Shown here piece by piece: positions 12,916 to 26,150 of a DNA stretch of 64,000 bases. The number at the start of each line of letters is the position of its first letter. Positions within the stretch are counted from its first letter, which is position 1. The position numbers were made by a program, and so were the translations under genes. The notes beneath the pieces were generated by a model that saw only the letters and a list, made by a program, of their open reading frames with translations, searched no databases and was not told the origin of the DNA. The stretch is from positions 111,662,001-111,726,000 of the forward strand of contig NC_042997.1 of the NCBI RefSeq assembly GCF_006345805.1. Direction: 5' to 3'. Origin of the DNA: Octopus sinensis. Its lineage: Eukaryota.

Positions 12916-14269
12916 GTGTAATGACCAAAATATTATAGTAAATTCTTTATTTTTAAACTGAATTTATGAAAGTGGGTGCAGTTCAAAAGAAAGGTTTAAA
13001 CCATTCAGAGACAATGCTGTAAAGGTTGAAGGCATTAAAAGAATTCCTTAACTTAAAGGGAAATTTGGCAGGATGGTCAGTCACCTACTGACACTTGTTG
13101 ATGCTGCATCAGAGAGGCCAGGGAACAGAAGAAAGAAGGAGAAACAGGTAATGTACTCAACACCAGAGTTGAAGACACCTCCGAAAGGTGGGGGCGCCAT
13201 GTCGAAAACGGTGGAGGAGTAGGGGCCAAAACCAGATGTGGTTCCTCCTGATGATGTCTTTAGCCACTGGATTCTATAAAGGAGCTGTTGAGGTAGCGAA
13301 CCACGAAACATGGTTGGAATTCCTCAGGGAATATATGAAGTTGAATTGATTTAGGAAATATTTACTTCCATGCTGCCACCTTTGTTGACAATTCCATCTC
13401 ATTTGCATCCAACGCCAACATATAAGAAGACATTAACTTCAGCCACAACACTATCACAAAAGATTTTGTGCTTTTCCTTCTCCTACTCTTCTCAGATAGA
13501 CAAGGTCTAGAGATTAGGATATTTTGTCCAAAATTATATGGTCTTCGTTCCCAGACCAAGTGTGTTGTGTTCTTGAGCAATGTGCTTCATTTCTCATTCC
13601 TCCAGTCCACTCAGCTGTAAATGAGGTCCATTAATAAGACGGTAACTTAATAATCCTGCGATGGACCAGTGGCTTATTGATTTATGTGCCATGGAAGCCA
13701 GGCACATAAACAACACCCACTACAGTCTTGGAGTGGTTGGCGTTAGGAAGGGCATCCAAGTGTAGAAACCATGCCAGATCAGATTTGAGCCTGGTGCAGC
13801 CCTCACTCAAACCGTCCAACCCATACCAGAATGGAAAGCAGGTGTTAGATGATGATGAAAAACACTGCCATTATTTCAGTTAATTTTGAAAAAAAAAATG
13901 AATTTAGTAAAACATTGTCAGTATTAAGCTAATGTTTAGAACATAAAAATGAAATTTTGATCAACAGCTTTTATTTGAATCACTTTAAATCATGAAAATT
14001 ATACCCTAGAATTAGGGATGGTTTGGCTAGGTTGGTATCAAAAGGGTCGAGTTCTGGCCCTATTGGTTCCAGGCCCCCTTAGTCTCTTTCCAAAAGGGAA
14101 TTGTTGTGTGCTTTTGTTATAAAAGTAGCTTGCTGCAATTGTTAAGTGCTTCCATAAATGGTAGCACTTACCACACAGGGTGACACCTGGCCTTCATTAC
14201 AAACTAAGAAAGCTTCCGTTTTATGTCCTTTCTAAATCTTATTTATTCATTTTTTATTGTTGAATTGTC

Positions 14270-14580
14270 AGTCCACATTGCCTGTGCTTGCCTTCCATCA
14301 GTTTGCTGTAAAATAATCTCTTGAGGAATCGTGTATCACGGAAGAATAACAATATACTGAAAGTTTGAAGTTCCTTCTTTCAGTTTTTGACATAGAAAAG
14401 TGAGCGTCTACCTTGTCTCTGAAGTGTGGCTCTACTCAGCCAGATTGGAGATTTCTTCAAAGTATTCACAATAAATGGCATTACCAATTGCTGCCTTAAG
14501 GTCAAGACCTTACTAGGATGACCAGCTCTCATTCTGCATTCCCTGACAAAACTATTTCTCATGCTGTGCTGATCACTCCT
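14270..14580 (-). mobile_element. Degraded RTE LINE fragment (C-terminal RT region)
   Basis: Frame-broken translation DTRFLKRLFYSKLMEGKHRQCG resembles the RTE motif (TRLPKRLFYGEL..GKR..GG). Confidence 0.5.
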
Positions 14581-14627
14581 ATTAACTTCCTTGTTCAAAG
14601 AAAACTAGCAACAACAGAAAGACTTAC

Positions 14628-14672
14628 CATATTTGATGGCATAGAAAACACACCTTTTTAGAAAAAAAAGGT
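14628..14672 (-). CDS. Candidate 45-nt exon, minus strand
   Basis: Acceptor TTTTTCATAG| and strong donor ATG|GTAAGT. Two frames are open, and the product is unrecognised. Confidence 0.2.
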
Positions 14673-14889
14673 CTATGAAAAAATAAAAATTTCACTTTGG
14701 GGGCCCTATACATGAAATTGAGCTTTAAAACAGGAAATTTGTATCATAGAACCAGGAGCAGTCTCAGGCAGGTTGCTATCAAAAAGGGTTTAAAGAATGT
14801 AGAATCACAATATATATTGCTACAGTAATAATGAACATGTCACTCCAGCCATATTGAATACATACTACAGTAATAGGAGGGTGACTAAA

Positions 14890-15330
14890 GGAGGTTAGCT
14901 GTCAGAATCGTTAGCTTGTTAGGTGAAATGCTCAGTGGTATTTCGTCTTTATGTTCTGAGTTCAAATTCTGACAAGGTCAATTTTGCCTTTCATCCTTTT
15001 GGAGCTGATAAATTAAGTACCAGTTGCATATTGGGGTTGATCTATGCGACTGGCCCCCTCCCCCAAAATTTTGGCCCTAGTGCCTAGAGTAGAAAAAGAT
15101 TATTTTTAGAAGGTGGCTAGCTGGCAGAAACGTGAGCACGCCGGGCAAAATGCTTAGCAGTATTTTGTCTGCCTTTACGTTTTGAGTTTAAATTCCGCTG
15201 AGGTTGACTTTGCCTTATATTCTTTCGGGGTTGATAAATTAAGTGCCAGTTGCATACTGGAGTCGGTCTAATCAACTGGCCCCCTCCCCCAAAATTTCGG
15301 GCCTTGTGCCTAGAGTAGAAAAGAATATGA
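14890..15330 (+). mobile_element. Two tandem CORE-type tRNA SINEs (family C, OR1/OR2-like)
   Basis: GAGCTGGCAGAA.CGTTAGC head, GAGTTCAAATTC B box and CCTTTCATCCTTT.GGGGT.GATAAATTAAGTACCAG core. Confidence 0.8.
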
Positions 15331-15619
15331 GTATGACCACATGACCGTGTGACCAACCAGGCTATCAGATGTTGTTACACATCACTGGTCACAATGCGCT
15401 TTTGCATGGTTCTAGCCTTCAAATGATGCCAGCCTACTGGTTAGATGAGCAGTCTGACATTACCGCTTTCATCAGAAGTGGGACTGGAACAATGTGAAAT
15501 GAAGTGTTTTGCTCAAGAACAATGTGCCTCAGTCAGGGAATCAAACCAAAGATCTAGTCATCATGAGTGCAACAGCCTAAAAACTAGGCCCTGCACCTCC
15601 ACATATATATATATATATA

Positions 15620-15960
15620 TATATTATATAAAATCCATTCTGTCTGTGTGTGTGTGTGTCTTCTAGGATCTCGGGCATCCTCCATCCGATTGCGCTCAAA
15701 TTTGATATGTAGATACCGATGGTATCAGGGCATGTACAGGTGAGAATGCGATCGATAAAACCATGGGAATGTGCATTTTTCTTTGAAATAGAAAAAAAGT
15801 CTATCTTTATTTCTTCTTTTGCTGGTGTCTCAAATTTAGGTTAAATCAGTGTTTCTCAAAGGGGAGGCCTATGGGCCGGTTGGACAAGTTGTTTTGAGAA
15901 AATTTGGTTTAAATGTTTGACAACTCAGCACTGTCCATTGGTCAGGGGGCATTTTGCTCG
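15620..15960 (+). mobile_element. Possible non-autonomous Helitron-like element inside (TA)n
   Basis: TATATAAAA..(TG)n head, CCATCCGATTGCGCTCAAATTTG box and a GC-rich 3' end ending GCTCGT, flanked by (TA)n. Confidence 0.35.
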
Positions 15961-16039
15961 TGTGTATATATATATATATATATCACCATGGTAACAGTGA
16001 GTGTATATCACTGCAGTAATATCAAATATATATTACTAT

Positions 16040-16630
16040 AATAATAATCCTTTCTAATATAAGCACAAGGCCTGGGATTTTGTGGGGAGGGGACCTTAGT
16101 CAATTGCATCCATCCCCAGCACGCAACTGGTACTTATTTTATAGACCCTCAAAGGAAGAAAGTCAAAGTCAATCTCAGCAGAATTAGAACTTGACAATAA
16201 CAATAATAATCCTTTCTACTGTAGGCACAAAGCCTGAAATTTGTGGGGAGGGGACTAGTTGATGTCATCAACCCCAGTATGCAACTGGTACTTAATTTAT
16301 CGATCCCAAAAGGATGAAAGGCAAAGTTGACATCGGTGGAGTTTGAAACCGGAACGTAAAGAGAGGATAATAACCGTTAAGCATTTTGCCCTTATGCTAA
16401 CGGTTCTGCTACCTCACCGCTTAATAATAATAATCCTTTCTACTGACATTTTGAGAGAGGGGACGAGTTGATTATATTGACCCCAGTGTTTAACTGGTAC
16501 TTAATTTATTGACCCCAAAAGGATGAAAAGCAAAGTCAACCTCACTGCAATTTGAACTCAGAACATAGCAACGAGCGAAATGCTGCTAAACATTGCTTGG
16601 TGTGCTAACGATTCTGCCAGCTCGCTGCCT
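16040..16630 (-). mobile_element. Three tandem CORE-type SINEs separated by (AAT)n
   Basis: Repeated reverse CORE boxes; the block is duplicated at ~17285-17940. Confidence 0.8.
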
Positions 16631-16827
16631 TAATAATAATGATAATAATGATAATGATGATAATAATAATGATGATAATAATAATGATAATAATAATGAT
16701 AATAATAATGATAATAATAATGATGATGATAATAATGATAATAATAATGATGATAATAATAATGATGATAATAATAATGATGATGATAATAATAATAATA
16801 ATGATGATAATAATAATAATAATGATG

Positions 16828-16879
<52 letters not shown>
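16631..16879. repeat. (AAT/GAT)n microsatellite
   Basis: Direct reading; the source of the poly-N/I/Y ORFs. Confidence 0.95.
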
Positions 16880-16881
<2 letters not shown>

Positions 16882-17100
16882 GCCCTGATGCAGTACCAGG
16901 CAGTGGCTCTCATGGCTTCTGATCTTAACTGATTGGAATGTTATCATGTACATTGTTTTGTCTTGGTATAAAAGATGGGCTACAGCAAATATTCTGCTCA
17001 ATACCACAGATTTGCTTGTCAGTTGTTTGACCTTAACCAGTTGAGCATGTCCCTTAGTGGCTGACGATATGTGCATCTCTGATCACGAGCAGAAGTAGAA
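16880..17100 (-). mobile_element. (TAA)n-associated SINE-like family D, 3' part
   Basis: Homologous to 56255-56520, 57591-58067 and 58765-58870; ends in an (ATT)n tract on the minus strand. Confidence 0.75.
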
Positions 17101-17104
17101 GCAT

Positions 17105-17945
17105 AGTAAAGTCTAATTATATATCTTTAGCTGGTATTTAAATTGGTTAAATCAATGTTCGTACCGTAAAGGCTAGGCCATTGGAGCAACTGTTTTGAGA
17201 AATTTGGTGTTAAATGTTGAAAAGGTACCACGCGGCCGGGGCATTTCTGGCTCGGTCAATATATGTATCTTATATATATATATATATTATCACCATGGTA
17301 ACAGTGAGTGTATATCACTGCAGTATATCAAATATATATTACTATAAATAATCCTTTCTAATAAAGCACAAGGCCTGGGATTTTGTGGGGAGGGGACCTT
17401 AGTCAATTGCATCCATCCCCAGCACGCAACTGGTACTTATTTATAGACCCTCAAAGGAAGAAAGTCAAAGTCAATCTCAGCAGAATTAGAACTTGACAAA
17501 CAAAACAATAATAATCCTTTCTACTGTAGGCAACAAAGCTGAAATTTGTGGGGAGGGGACTAGTTGATGTCATCAACCCCAGTATGCAACTGGTACTTAA
17601 TTTATCGATCCCAAAAGGATGAAAGGCAAAGTTGACATCGGTGGAGTTTGAAACCGGAACGTAAAGAGGGATGAAATACCGTTAAGCATTTTGCCCCTTA
17701 TGCTAACGGTTCTGCTACCTCACCGCCTTAATACTAATAATCCTTTTCTACTGACATTTTGAGAGAGGGGACGAGTGATTATATTGACCCAGTGTTTAAA
17801 CTGGTACTTAATTTTATTGACCCCAAAAGGATGAAAAAGCAAAAGTCAACCTCACTGCAATTTGAAATCAGAACATAGCAACGAGCGAAATGCTGCTAAA
17901 CATTGCTTGGTGTGCTAACGATTCTGCCAGCTCGCTGCCTTAATA
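17105..17945. repeat. Near-identical duplicate of ~15805-16635 (probable assembly artefact or very recent duplication)
   Basis: Same SINE stack. Differences in 17285-17940 are mostly 1-nt indels, and 17105-17270 is garbled. Confidence 0.7.
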
Positions 17946-18292
17946 ATAATGATAATGATGATATAATGATAATGATGATAATAATAATGATAATAATGAT
18001 GATAATAATAATGATAATAATAATGATAATATAATGATAATAATAAGATGATGATGATCATATGATATAATAATGATGATAATAATAATGATGATGATAA
18101 TAATAATAATAATGATGATATATAATAATAATGATAATAATAATAATAATAATATAATGAATATAATAGATAATAATAATAATAATAATCTGATAATCAT
18201 AAGAATAATAATAATAATAATGATAATAATAATAATAATAATAATAATGATAATAATAATGATGATGATAATAATGATGATAATAATAATAA
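17941..18292. repeat. (AAT/GAT)n microsatellite
   Basis: Direct reading. Confidence 0.95.
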
Positions 18293-18492
18293 TCCTTTCT
18301 AATGGAGGTACAAGGCCTGAAATATGTGAGGAGGGGAACCCCAGTGTTTTACTGGTACTTAATTTATTGACCCTGAACGGGTGAAAGGCAAAGTCAACCT
18401 CAGCAGAATTTGAACTCAGAACGTAGTGACAGGCGAAATACCACTAAACATATTGCCTGGTGTGCTAACAATTCTGCCAGCTCACTGCCTTT

Positions 18493-18528
<36 letters not shown>

Positions 18529-19569
18529 TTGCAATAGTGAATGCATATCACTGCAGTGATATCGAATATACGTTTCTACAGCAATATCAAATACATATAA
18601 CTATGGCAATATCAAATACATCAATATTGCAATATTGAATTCATGTCAATAGAGTAATATTGAAGAATAAAAGAGAAACGGCTCGAAATTCCAGCATCAA
18701 TATTGATTTATTGATTACTTGTCTAAGTCTGAAAGGAATCACTGAAGCATCAATTAGAATATAGTTTCCATAACCAAAAGCAGGATTTGAACTTTGGTGT
18801 TCGGCATTACAAACTGGCAACAAACGGTGAAAGAAGTGGTCCTTGCCAGAAGCAACAGCTAAATGTCTCATTATAACCTACCATCTTAAAACTGTGAAAG
18901 AGACAGGTATATCAAGGATAATGAAGTCCTGTTTATATGATACTACAAAGTTGGAAGGGTCATGGTTGGAACAACCATAATCCTATGTCTGCTCAATCAG
19001 GGCCGACCTGGGGCTCAACAACAACAACAACACAAATCAATTATAATGTGGCACTGATGTTTTGGTACTTACTGACCTCTATATACGTGGAAACTAGTGG
19101 ACTGTCCGGAGACATTATCATCATTTAACTTCCTCCCTCCATGCTGGGACAGGTTGGACAGTTTGAGCGGGACTGGCAAGTCAGAAGATGGTGCCAAGCT
19201 CTAACGTCTGCTTTGACATGGTTCCCTGATGTCCAGCTTTTTACATGGCCCCAGCAGCATCAGTGTGGTCATCTAGTAACTTGTAAGACAGGACCCCACT
19301 CAAGTGAAGTGAGGAGTAGTAATAAGTGAGGGTGCAATGATGTAGTTTTGAGCTCCGTCCCATTGTGTGGGACCTTGGGGCAAGTATCTTCCATAGCCCT
19401 GTGTCTGTATCCCCCACCCCACCACCACCACCACTTGACAGCAAATATTAGTTTGTATATTTCCACATAACTTAGCTGTCTTTGCAAAGAGACTGATAGG
19501 ATAAGACTTCAAGAAAAAAAAAAAAAAAAAAAAAACCTATGAGAACTGCAGATTAATAACTGAAATACT

Positions 19570-19880
19570 GGTGCAGCATTGGTTATAATAAGGGTTCCAG
19601 TTGATCCGAACAATGGAACAGCCTGCTTGTAAAATTAACATACAGCTGGCTGAGTACTCCACAGAAATGCATACCTTTAATGTAGTTCTTGAGGAGAGTC
19701 AATGTGACAAGGCTCGTCCCTTTTGAATTACTGGTATAACTCCATTTTTGCCAGCAGAGTGAACTGGAGCAATGTGAAATAAAGTGTCTTGCTCAAGGTC
19801 ACAACATGCTGCCAGGTATTGAACTCATGACCTTACAACCATAAGCCAATCACCCTAACCACATTAAGCCACATGCTTGA
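19570..19880 (-). mobile_element. tRNA-derived SINE with a TGACCTTGAGCAAGACACT central box
   Basis: Reverse head GTGGCTTAATGTGGTTAGGG..GAGTTCAATACC; related copies at ~20735-20940, 35690-35950 and 42430-42720. Confidence 0.65.
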
Positions 19881-20029
19881 AATAAATAAAAGATAAATAC
19901 ACACACAGGCACTCCATCATTACAATGAGGGCCCCAGTTGGTCTGATCAATGGAACAGTCTGCTTGTCAAAACATTAACCTGCAAAGTGGCTGAGTACAC
20001 CACACATGAAGCATGTGTTGTCAGTAATT

Positions 20030-20692
20030 ACTCAGAATAGGCAGTTGGTGATCTTTATGTAATAAAACACAAAAAATACGCGAAACACAGGCGTGTGACT
20101 GAGTTGAAGGCAGATTTACTTTTGCCTTTATAGCACATAAAGAAAACGGTGTTGTAAGAGTGTACGCAGCATGTGTACTACAGCAGTCCTACACATCCTA
20201 CGCATAGCTTTGATACTGAGATTGAAAAGCAGGGGCAAATGATGCCTACCTAATCTACAAAAAAATAAAATATTTTGCATTTTATGCATAATAATCAGAG
20301 TAACCTTCATAATTTTATTGAATTAGGTTCATATTTTGCCATGAGAGGAAAATGTTGCTATTGGATCTATTTTACTCAAAAGAGGCAGTTGGTGACCTTA
20401 ATATAGTAAAACACAAAATATAAGTGAAACACCGGTGTGCAACTGAGTTGAAGGTAAATTTGCTTCTGCCTTTATAGCACATAAAGAAAATGGTGCTGTA
20501 GGAGTGTACGCAGCAGGTGTACCACAGCATCCTACGCATAGCTTTAATACTGAGATTGAAAAGCAGGGGTGAATTATGCCTACCTAATCTACAAAAAAAT
20601 AAAATATTTAGCATTTTATGTATAGTAATGAGGGTAACCTTCATAATTTTATTGAATTAGGTGCATATTATGCCAGGAGAGGAAAATGTTGC
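20030..20692. repeat. Tandem duplication of a 344-bp unit (2 diverged copies)
   Basis: Units start at 20030 and 20374 (ACTCA.AA.AGGCAGTTGGTGA) and differ by many substitutions. Confidence 0.85.
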
Positions 20693-21548
20693 CCACCTTG
20701 CCTACCTAGGTGGCACGTCCCTGTCAAACATGTCCCCTTAATGAAGTTCTCAGGGAGATTGAGCAAGACACAGAATGTGACGAGACCAACCTTTTGGATT
20801 ATAGGTACAGCTCATTTTTGCCGGCAGAGTGAAATAAAATGTCTTGTTCACTTACACAATGCACAGTCAGGAATTGAACTTACAACCTTATGATCCTGAG
20901 CAGACTACCCCAAACCACTAAGCCATGTGCCTTCACCACATACACAATGGAATCTTGTTCCTTAAGCAATTCTATTCAGAACTCAAGTCTATCAACACAT
21001 TGGTTAAAAAGTGGGGAAAAAAAAAAAAAAGAAAAAAATTTAACTACCAAGATAGCAGTTATGAAAACTAGATAACCTTGGCCCCCTACATCTCTACCCT
21101 GCCACCCTGATTACTGCCATCAATAGACAATAGGAAAAGGGGTCAGACAATAACAATGGTAAAAGGTGTCTCAAGAGAATCATAAAAACACCTCACCCCC
21201 ACAACACACACACACAAGATAAGAAATCAACCTAAAAGGTTTTTTGTACTCCTTAGCATAATAGCATGCATGACTTGATTCCATCTATGGTAGGATTCCG
21301 ATGAATGGAAACTAGCTCTTTCCGGCTATACAGGATGTTTTTTTTTTTTTATCGATCACTTGTCCGGCCACCAGCTGCAGAAATTCAGCAGACGAAAGCA
21401 ATAAGGAAATTCCAAATATTTGCTGGAATTGGTATTTATCATTCATGGAAGAAAAAAAAAATTCCATGTCAATCTTATTTTAAGACCGACTGCAGTGATC
21501 AATCGAATCTGCAAAAACCTTCATTTTTAAGCCATTCTCTCTCACTCT

Positions 21549-21588
<40 letters not shown>

Positions 21589-21844
21589 ATTGGTGTTTAT
21601 ACAAGAAATTATATCGATACATAAGCTGTAGAGATATCATCATCATTGTTTAATGTCCATCTTCCATGCTGGCATAGGTTGGATGGTTTAACAGGACCTG
21701 GCCAACCAGAGATGTTCACCAGGCTCTAATCATCTGTTTTGGCAAGGTTTCTATGGTTGGATGCCTTTCCTAATGCCAACCACTTTAGAGTGAACTGGAT
21801 GCTTTTTACTGTTGATATTCAGTTGGTAACAGCACAGAATAATT

Positions 21845-22080
21845 GGGTGAAGCTAAAGGAAGGAAGAATATTTGATGGAATAAAAGACAGGCATTTTAGA
21901 GGCACACAAATTTCAGCAATACCTGTTCAAGAAAAAAAGTTTTTAGCACATTAAAGCAGGTGTTGGATTTTTCATGGACATGGCATAAAAAATAACCAAT
22001 GTCTCAAAGGAGTGAGTGTCGTGGAGTTTAGTTACATCCCACAAACACTGAAGTTTTTCCCAAAATCCAGGGTTTTTATA
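21845..22080 (+). mobile_element. Possible DNA-transposase relic (Chapaev3/CMC-like)
   Basis: KLKEGRIFDGIKDRHF and a later LKFFPKIQG resemble the KLKEGIFVGPQI..KD..F and LDFFPENLG motifs. Heavily degraded. Confidence 0.25.
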
Positions 22081-22727
22081 ACTGCTCAACTTGACTTTAA
22101 AGAATCAAAATCACATAAAAATATTCTTTAACTAACTTTTAGAATTCCTATATGAGCAGTTATTTCAACCAATAGGAAAATGACAATCATATTTCTTCGG
22201 CAATACGATATTACGTCATATTGGGGCTACTATTTGAAAATGGCTACACGCTACACATGCAATATAGGCCCAACTTCACATATAGTGCCCTTGGTGACTA
22301 TTTTTGAGATACCCTCAATACCCTTTCACACCTATTGCAACCCCTGCCCCTGAGCCTCTCCTACATCTCATTCCATCATTTGCCTCAGTCACCTGTAACT
22401 TGCCCACCCATCAAGTCCAGACCTCTGTATCCTTTCATTACCTGGCACAAAACTACTTCTACTCTATTAATCTCTATTCCTAGCTGCGGGGTCATTGCTT
22501 GGTGACCCTGAAAGTGCTGGTGCTGTATAAAAAGCCCGCAGTACACTCTGTAAAGTGGTTGGAATTAGGAAGGGCATCTTGCTGTAGAAACAACACCAGA
22601 ACAGACAATGGAACCTGGTGTGGCGCCTGGCCTTACCAGCTCCTGTCGAACAATCCAGCCCATGCCAGTATAAAAAATGGACATTAAATGGTGGTGATGA
22701 TTTTTGGAAAAAATAGTCGGTCTTGTA

Positions 22728-23211
22728 TTTCATCAAATATGAAAATAATGGGCACTAATAGAAGAATCAGATCTAGGATAACCATTTTGTTTTAAGAGGA
22801 GGAATGATTGTGCTCATAAGATCATGCAAGCCTATCTACACTGTGTCTACACGCAACCTTTGTTTGCCAACCCTCAAGATCATTTTCCCCCCATGGCCAG
22901 ACATTTTCATAGAAGATTGGAGGAACAAAGGATATCACTCATTTAAAATACTATGTGATGTCAAGACATTTTCATCAATATGAAACTAATGGGAACTAAT
23001 AGAAGAATCAGATTAGGATATAACCATTTTGTTTTAAGAGGAGGAATGATTGTGCTCATAAGATCAATGCAAGCCTATCTACACTGTGTCTACACGCAAC
23101 CTTTGTTTGCCAACCCTCAAGATCATTTTCCCCCCATGGCCAGACATTTTCATAGAAGATTGGAGGAACAAAGGATATCACTCATTTAAAATACTATGTG
23201 ATGTCAAGACA
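22728..23211. repeat. Tandem duplication of a 242-bp unique sequence, near-identical
   Basis: Units start at 22728 and 22970. The few differences cluster in the first ~90 bp and include small indels. Confidence 0.9.
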
Positions 23212-23239
23212 AAGGATATGCAAGCACGCACATATATCA

Positions 23240-23530
23240 TCATCAGTCAGACGGGGCCTGGCATCGATCACATTCAGATAGTGCTTTTTATGTGCCACCG
23301 GCACAGGGGCCAATCAGGGGGTACTGGCATCAGCCATGTTCAGATGGTGCTTTTTACATGCCACCGGCACAGGGGCCAGTCAGGGGATACTGGCACCAGC
23401 CATGTTCAGATGGTGCTTTTTATGTGCCACCGACACAGGGGCCAGTCAGGGGGTACTGGCATCAGCCATGTTCAGATAGTGCTTTTTACGTGCCACCGAC
23501 ACAGGGGCCAGTCAGGGAGTACTGGCATCA
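23240..23530 (-). repeat. Four to five tandem ~59-nt family A units
   Basis: Repeated CAGATGGTGCTTTTTATGTGCCACCGGCACAGGGGCCAGTCAGGGGGTACTGGCATCAGCCATGTT. Confidence 0.85.
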
Positions 23531-25554
23531 AAAGATACAAGAATGAGAAATTGCATATTATTCTATGCCGATAAATCTACCAATGCAAACAAACAAACAA
23601 ACAAGGAAGCTGTTGTGGTGCAGTGAACCCGTTATTGGGCCTCCACTACTAACAATCATCAATGAATCACACACACCACACACACACACGAACCAAACTA
23701 ATTAAATACAAAGTATATTTTAGTTCTGTTAGTGAAATAATGGTCTTTAATAGTAGTTAATGGTTTTAATTTAGAGGAACATTAGATTTGCTTTAATTCC
23801 TGCTATTTTATCTTCAATCAGGAACATAAATTTATATCAGAGAATATGTGAATAAATAAAAGACTATGCAAAAGCTTAATTGCTTCATTAATTAAGCCTG
23901 TACTAACAAAAAATGATTTTTTGGAGTATTTTATTTAATATTTTTTTTTTGACAAGTCAGCATCAATCATCTTTTTCCATGATTAAGGATTGACTGGCTT
24001 TACAAAATGGTACGGCATTACTTCTCTCATTCTTGAGACAACAATCTGATGAGGAAGCTTATCTCTCCCTCTATCTCACTGTCTACTCATCCCTCTCCCC
24101 TCCATCTCCATCTCCCTTTCTCTCCCTTCTTCCTCTGAAGTCAATTGACCTGTTACAAACAGCAGTCAAATTTCTCTCAAATCACAAGACAGAAAATAGA
24201 AAATATGTCAATCTAGATATGCTGTGTGGATTGTAGAGAAAAAGAAAATAGACTGGATGGTCACAGCTGGAGCACCTATGATCACAGGGAAATCTGCTCA
24301 AGGATGGTACAGCATGGTAACAATCAGAGGCCATGGGAATACAGGAGAACAATCAGAGGCCATGGGAATGGCATCATTGCCTTCTCTTCACATCACTCTC
24401 ACCAGTCTGAGAGAGCAAGAAAAGGTCAAGGGCATTGCTCTGTCTCCCCAAACTAATTAACAAAAGGCAAAACCCACCGCCACTTCCATCCACCATATGT
24501 TAAACTGTCACATTAATTGAACATCTGCCAAGTCAGTTGAGGAGCAGACTGTAACAAACGGTTTCTCTTTCTTTCCATTTATTCTGGTCCCCTGTGCATT
24601 CACACATCATCCATGCGTGCAGCTGTGCAAACACAAATGTGAGTGCATGCGTACAGGGATGTGTGTGCATATACATGCACAGTGTGGTGATATGAAGCGG
24701 CTGTTGCAAAGTGCATATGCACCTTGTTTAATAACGATTCTGCTAGCGGCAAGCTGGCAAAATAGTTAGCATGCCAAGAAAAATGTGTAGGGGCACTTCA
24801 TGTGCGTGTGCGTTCTGAGTTCAAATTCTGCTGAAATTGACTTTGCCTTCCATCCTTTTGGGATCTATGAACTAAGTACCAGTTAAACATTGCTGGCCTT
24901 GTGCCAAAATTTGAAATCAATAACGATATTCAAATAAACCTTTAAGGAGTTTGATAAATATATCTGAGTAGTGTAGATTAGGAAATGAGTACAGGGGTCA
25001 GCTAAGTGGCCTGCACTGATGCCTGGAGTGAGAGGGGTCTATGTGGCTATGATTACAAGGGGTCAATAAACACCTAAAATAATTTTGAGTATTAAGGGCA
25101 CTAATTTATCAAGAAACTGAATCTGGAAGAGTGCCTGATAGAAACACCCAGAAAATAGAGAAGGTCAGGCTAGCTTAACTTAGTGACCTTTCTCTGCCTT
25201 ACTATGCAGTGGTATGGGGCACAGCAACATTCTCTGGCATCCCTCATCACGAGTGAAAAGGTAAACATGATACCCAACAGCTTCTCACTAGAATCTGAAC
25301 CCATTATTAGAGGGAACAACAGGTTAGCTCTCTTTAAAACTCCCCACCATAACAGGTATGGAGCCAAGTGGTTCAGGGTTAGGCTGTTGCACTTGTGATT
25401 GTGGTTCCAATTTCTTGAGCAAAACACATCATTCCACACTGCTCCAGTCTACTCAGTCATAAATGAGTTCCAGAAATAATGGGAAGTTAACCCTGTGATG
25501 AACTGGCATCCCATCCATGGGGGTGTGTTGTAACCTCAGTTACTCATATCTTCT

Positions 25555-26150
25555 ACTTGTTTCAGTTATTAGACTGCAGCCATGCTGGGGTACCACCTTA
25601 AAGAATTTTTAGTCATTGGCCTCTGTGCCTGTGGCACATAAAAAGCACCAACCGATCGTGGACGTTGCCAGCCTCCCCTGGCACCTGTGCCGGTGGCACG
25701 TAAAAGCACCCACCACACTCTCGGAGTGGTTGGCGTTAGGAAGGGCATCCAGCTGTAGAAACACTGCCGGATCAGACTGGAGCCTGGTGCAGCCTCCTGA
25801 CTTCCCAGACCCCAGTCGGACCGTCCAACCCATGCTAGCATGGAAAACAGACGTTAAACGATGATGATGATGAATTGACTGGTGAACAGCTAAATTATGG
25901 GGACATAAACATACCAACACCAGTTATCAAGCTGTGGTGGTGGTGGTGGGGGACAAACAGAAACAAAGACACACACATATAAATATACATATATGCACAC
26001 ACACGACATTCTTTCAGGCTACCAAATCCATTCACAAGGCTTTGGTTGGCCGAGGGCTATAATAGAAAACACTTGTCCAAGGTGCTATGCAATGGGACTG
26101 AACTCAGAATCAGGTGGTTCGGAACCAAACTTCTTACTTACACAGGCACA
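25555..26150 (-). mobile_element. Family B SINE interrupted by a plus-strand family A insertion (25615-25873)
   Basis: The SINE 3' end at 25555-25610 resumes at ~25880 after a (GAT)n-tailed insert. Confidence 0.7.

Noticed and set aside
13060-13600. GC-richer segment with several short open frames
   Set aside because: There is no consistent splice pair or recognisable domain; it is probably a decayed transposon.
16593-18384. Poly-N/I/Y/M ORFs of 86-148 aa
   Set aside because: They are translations of (AAT/GAT)n microsatellites.
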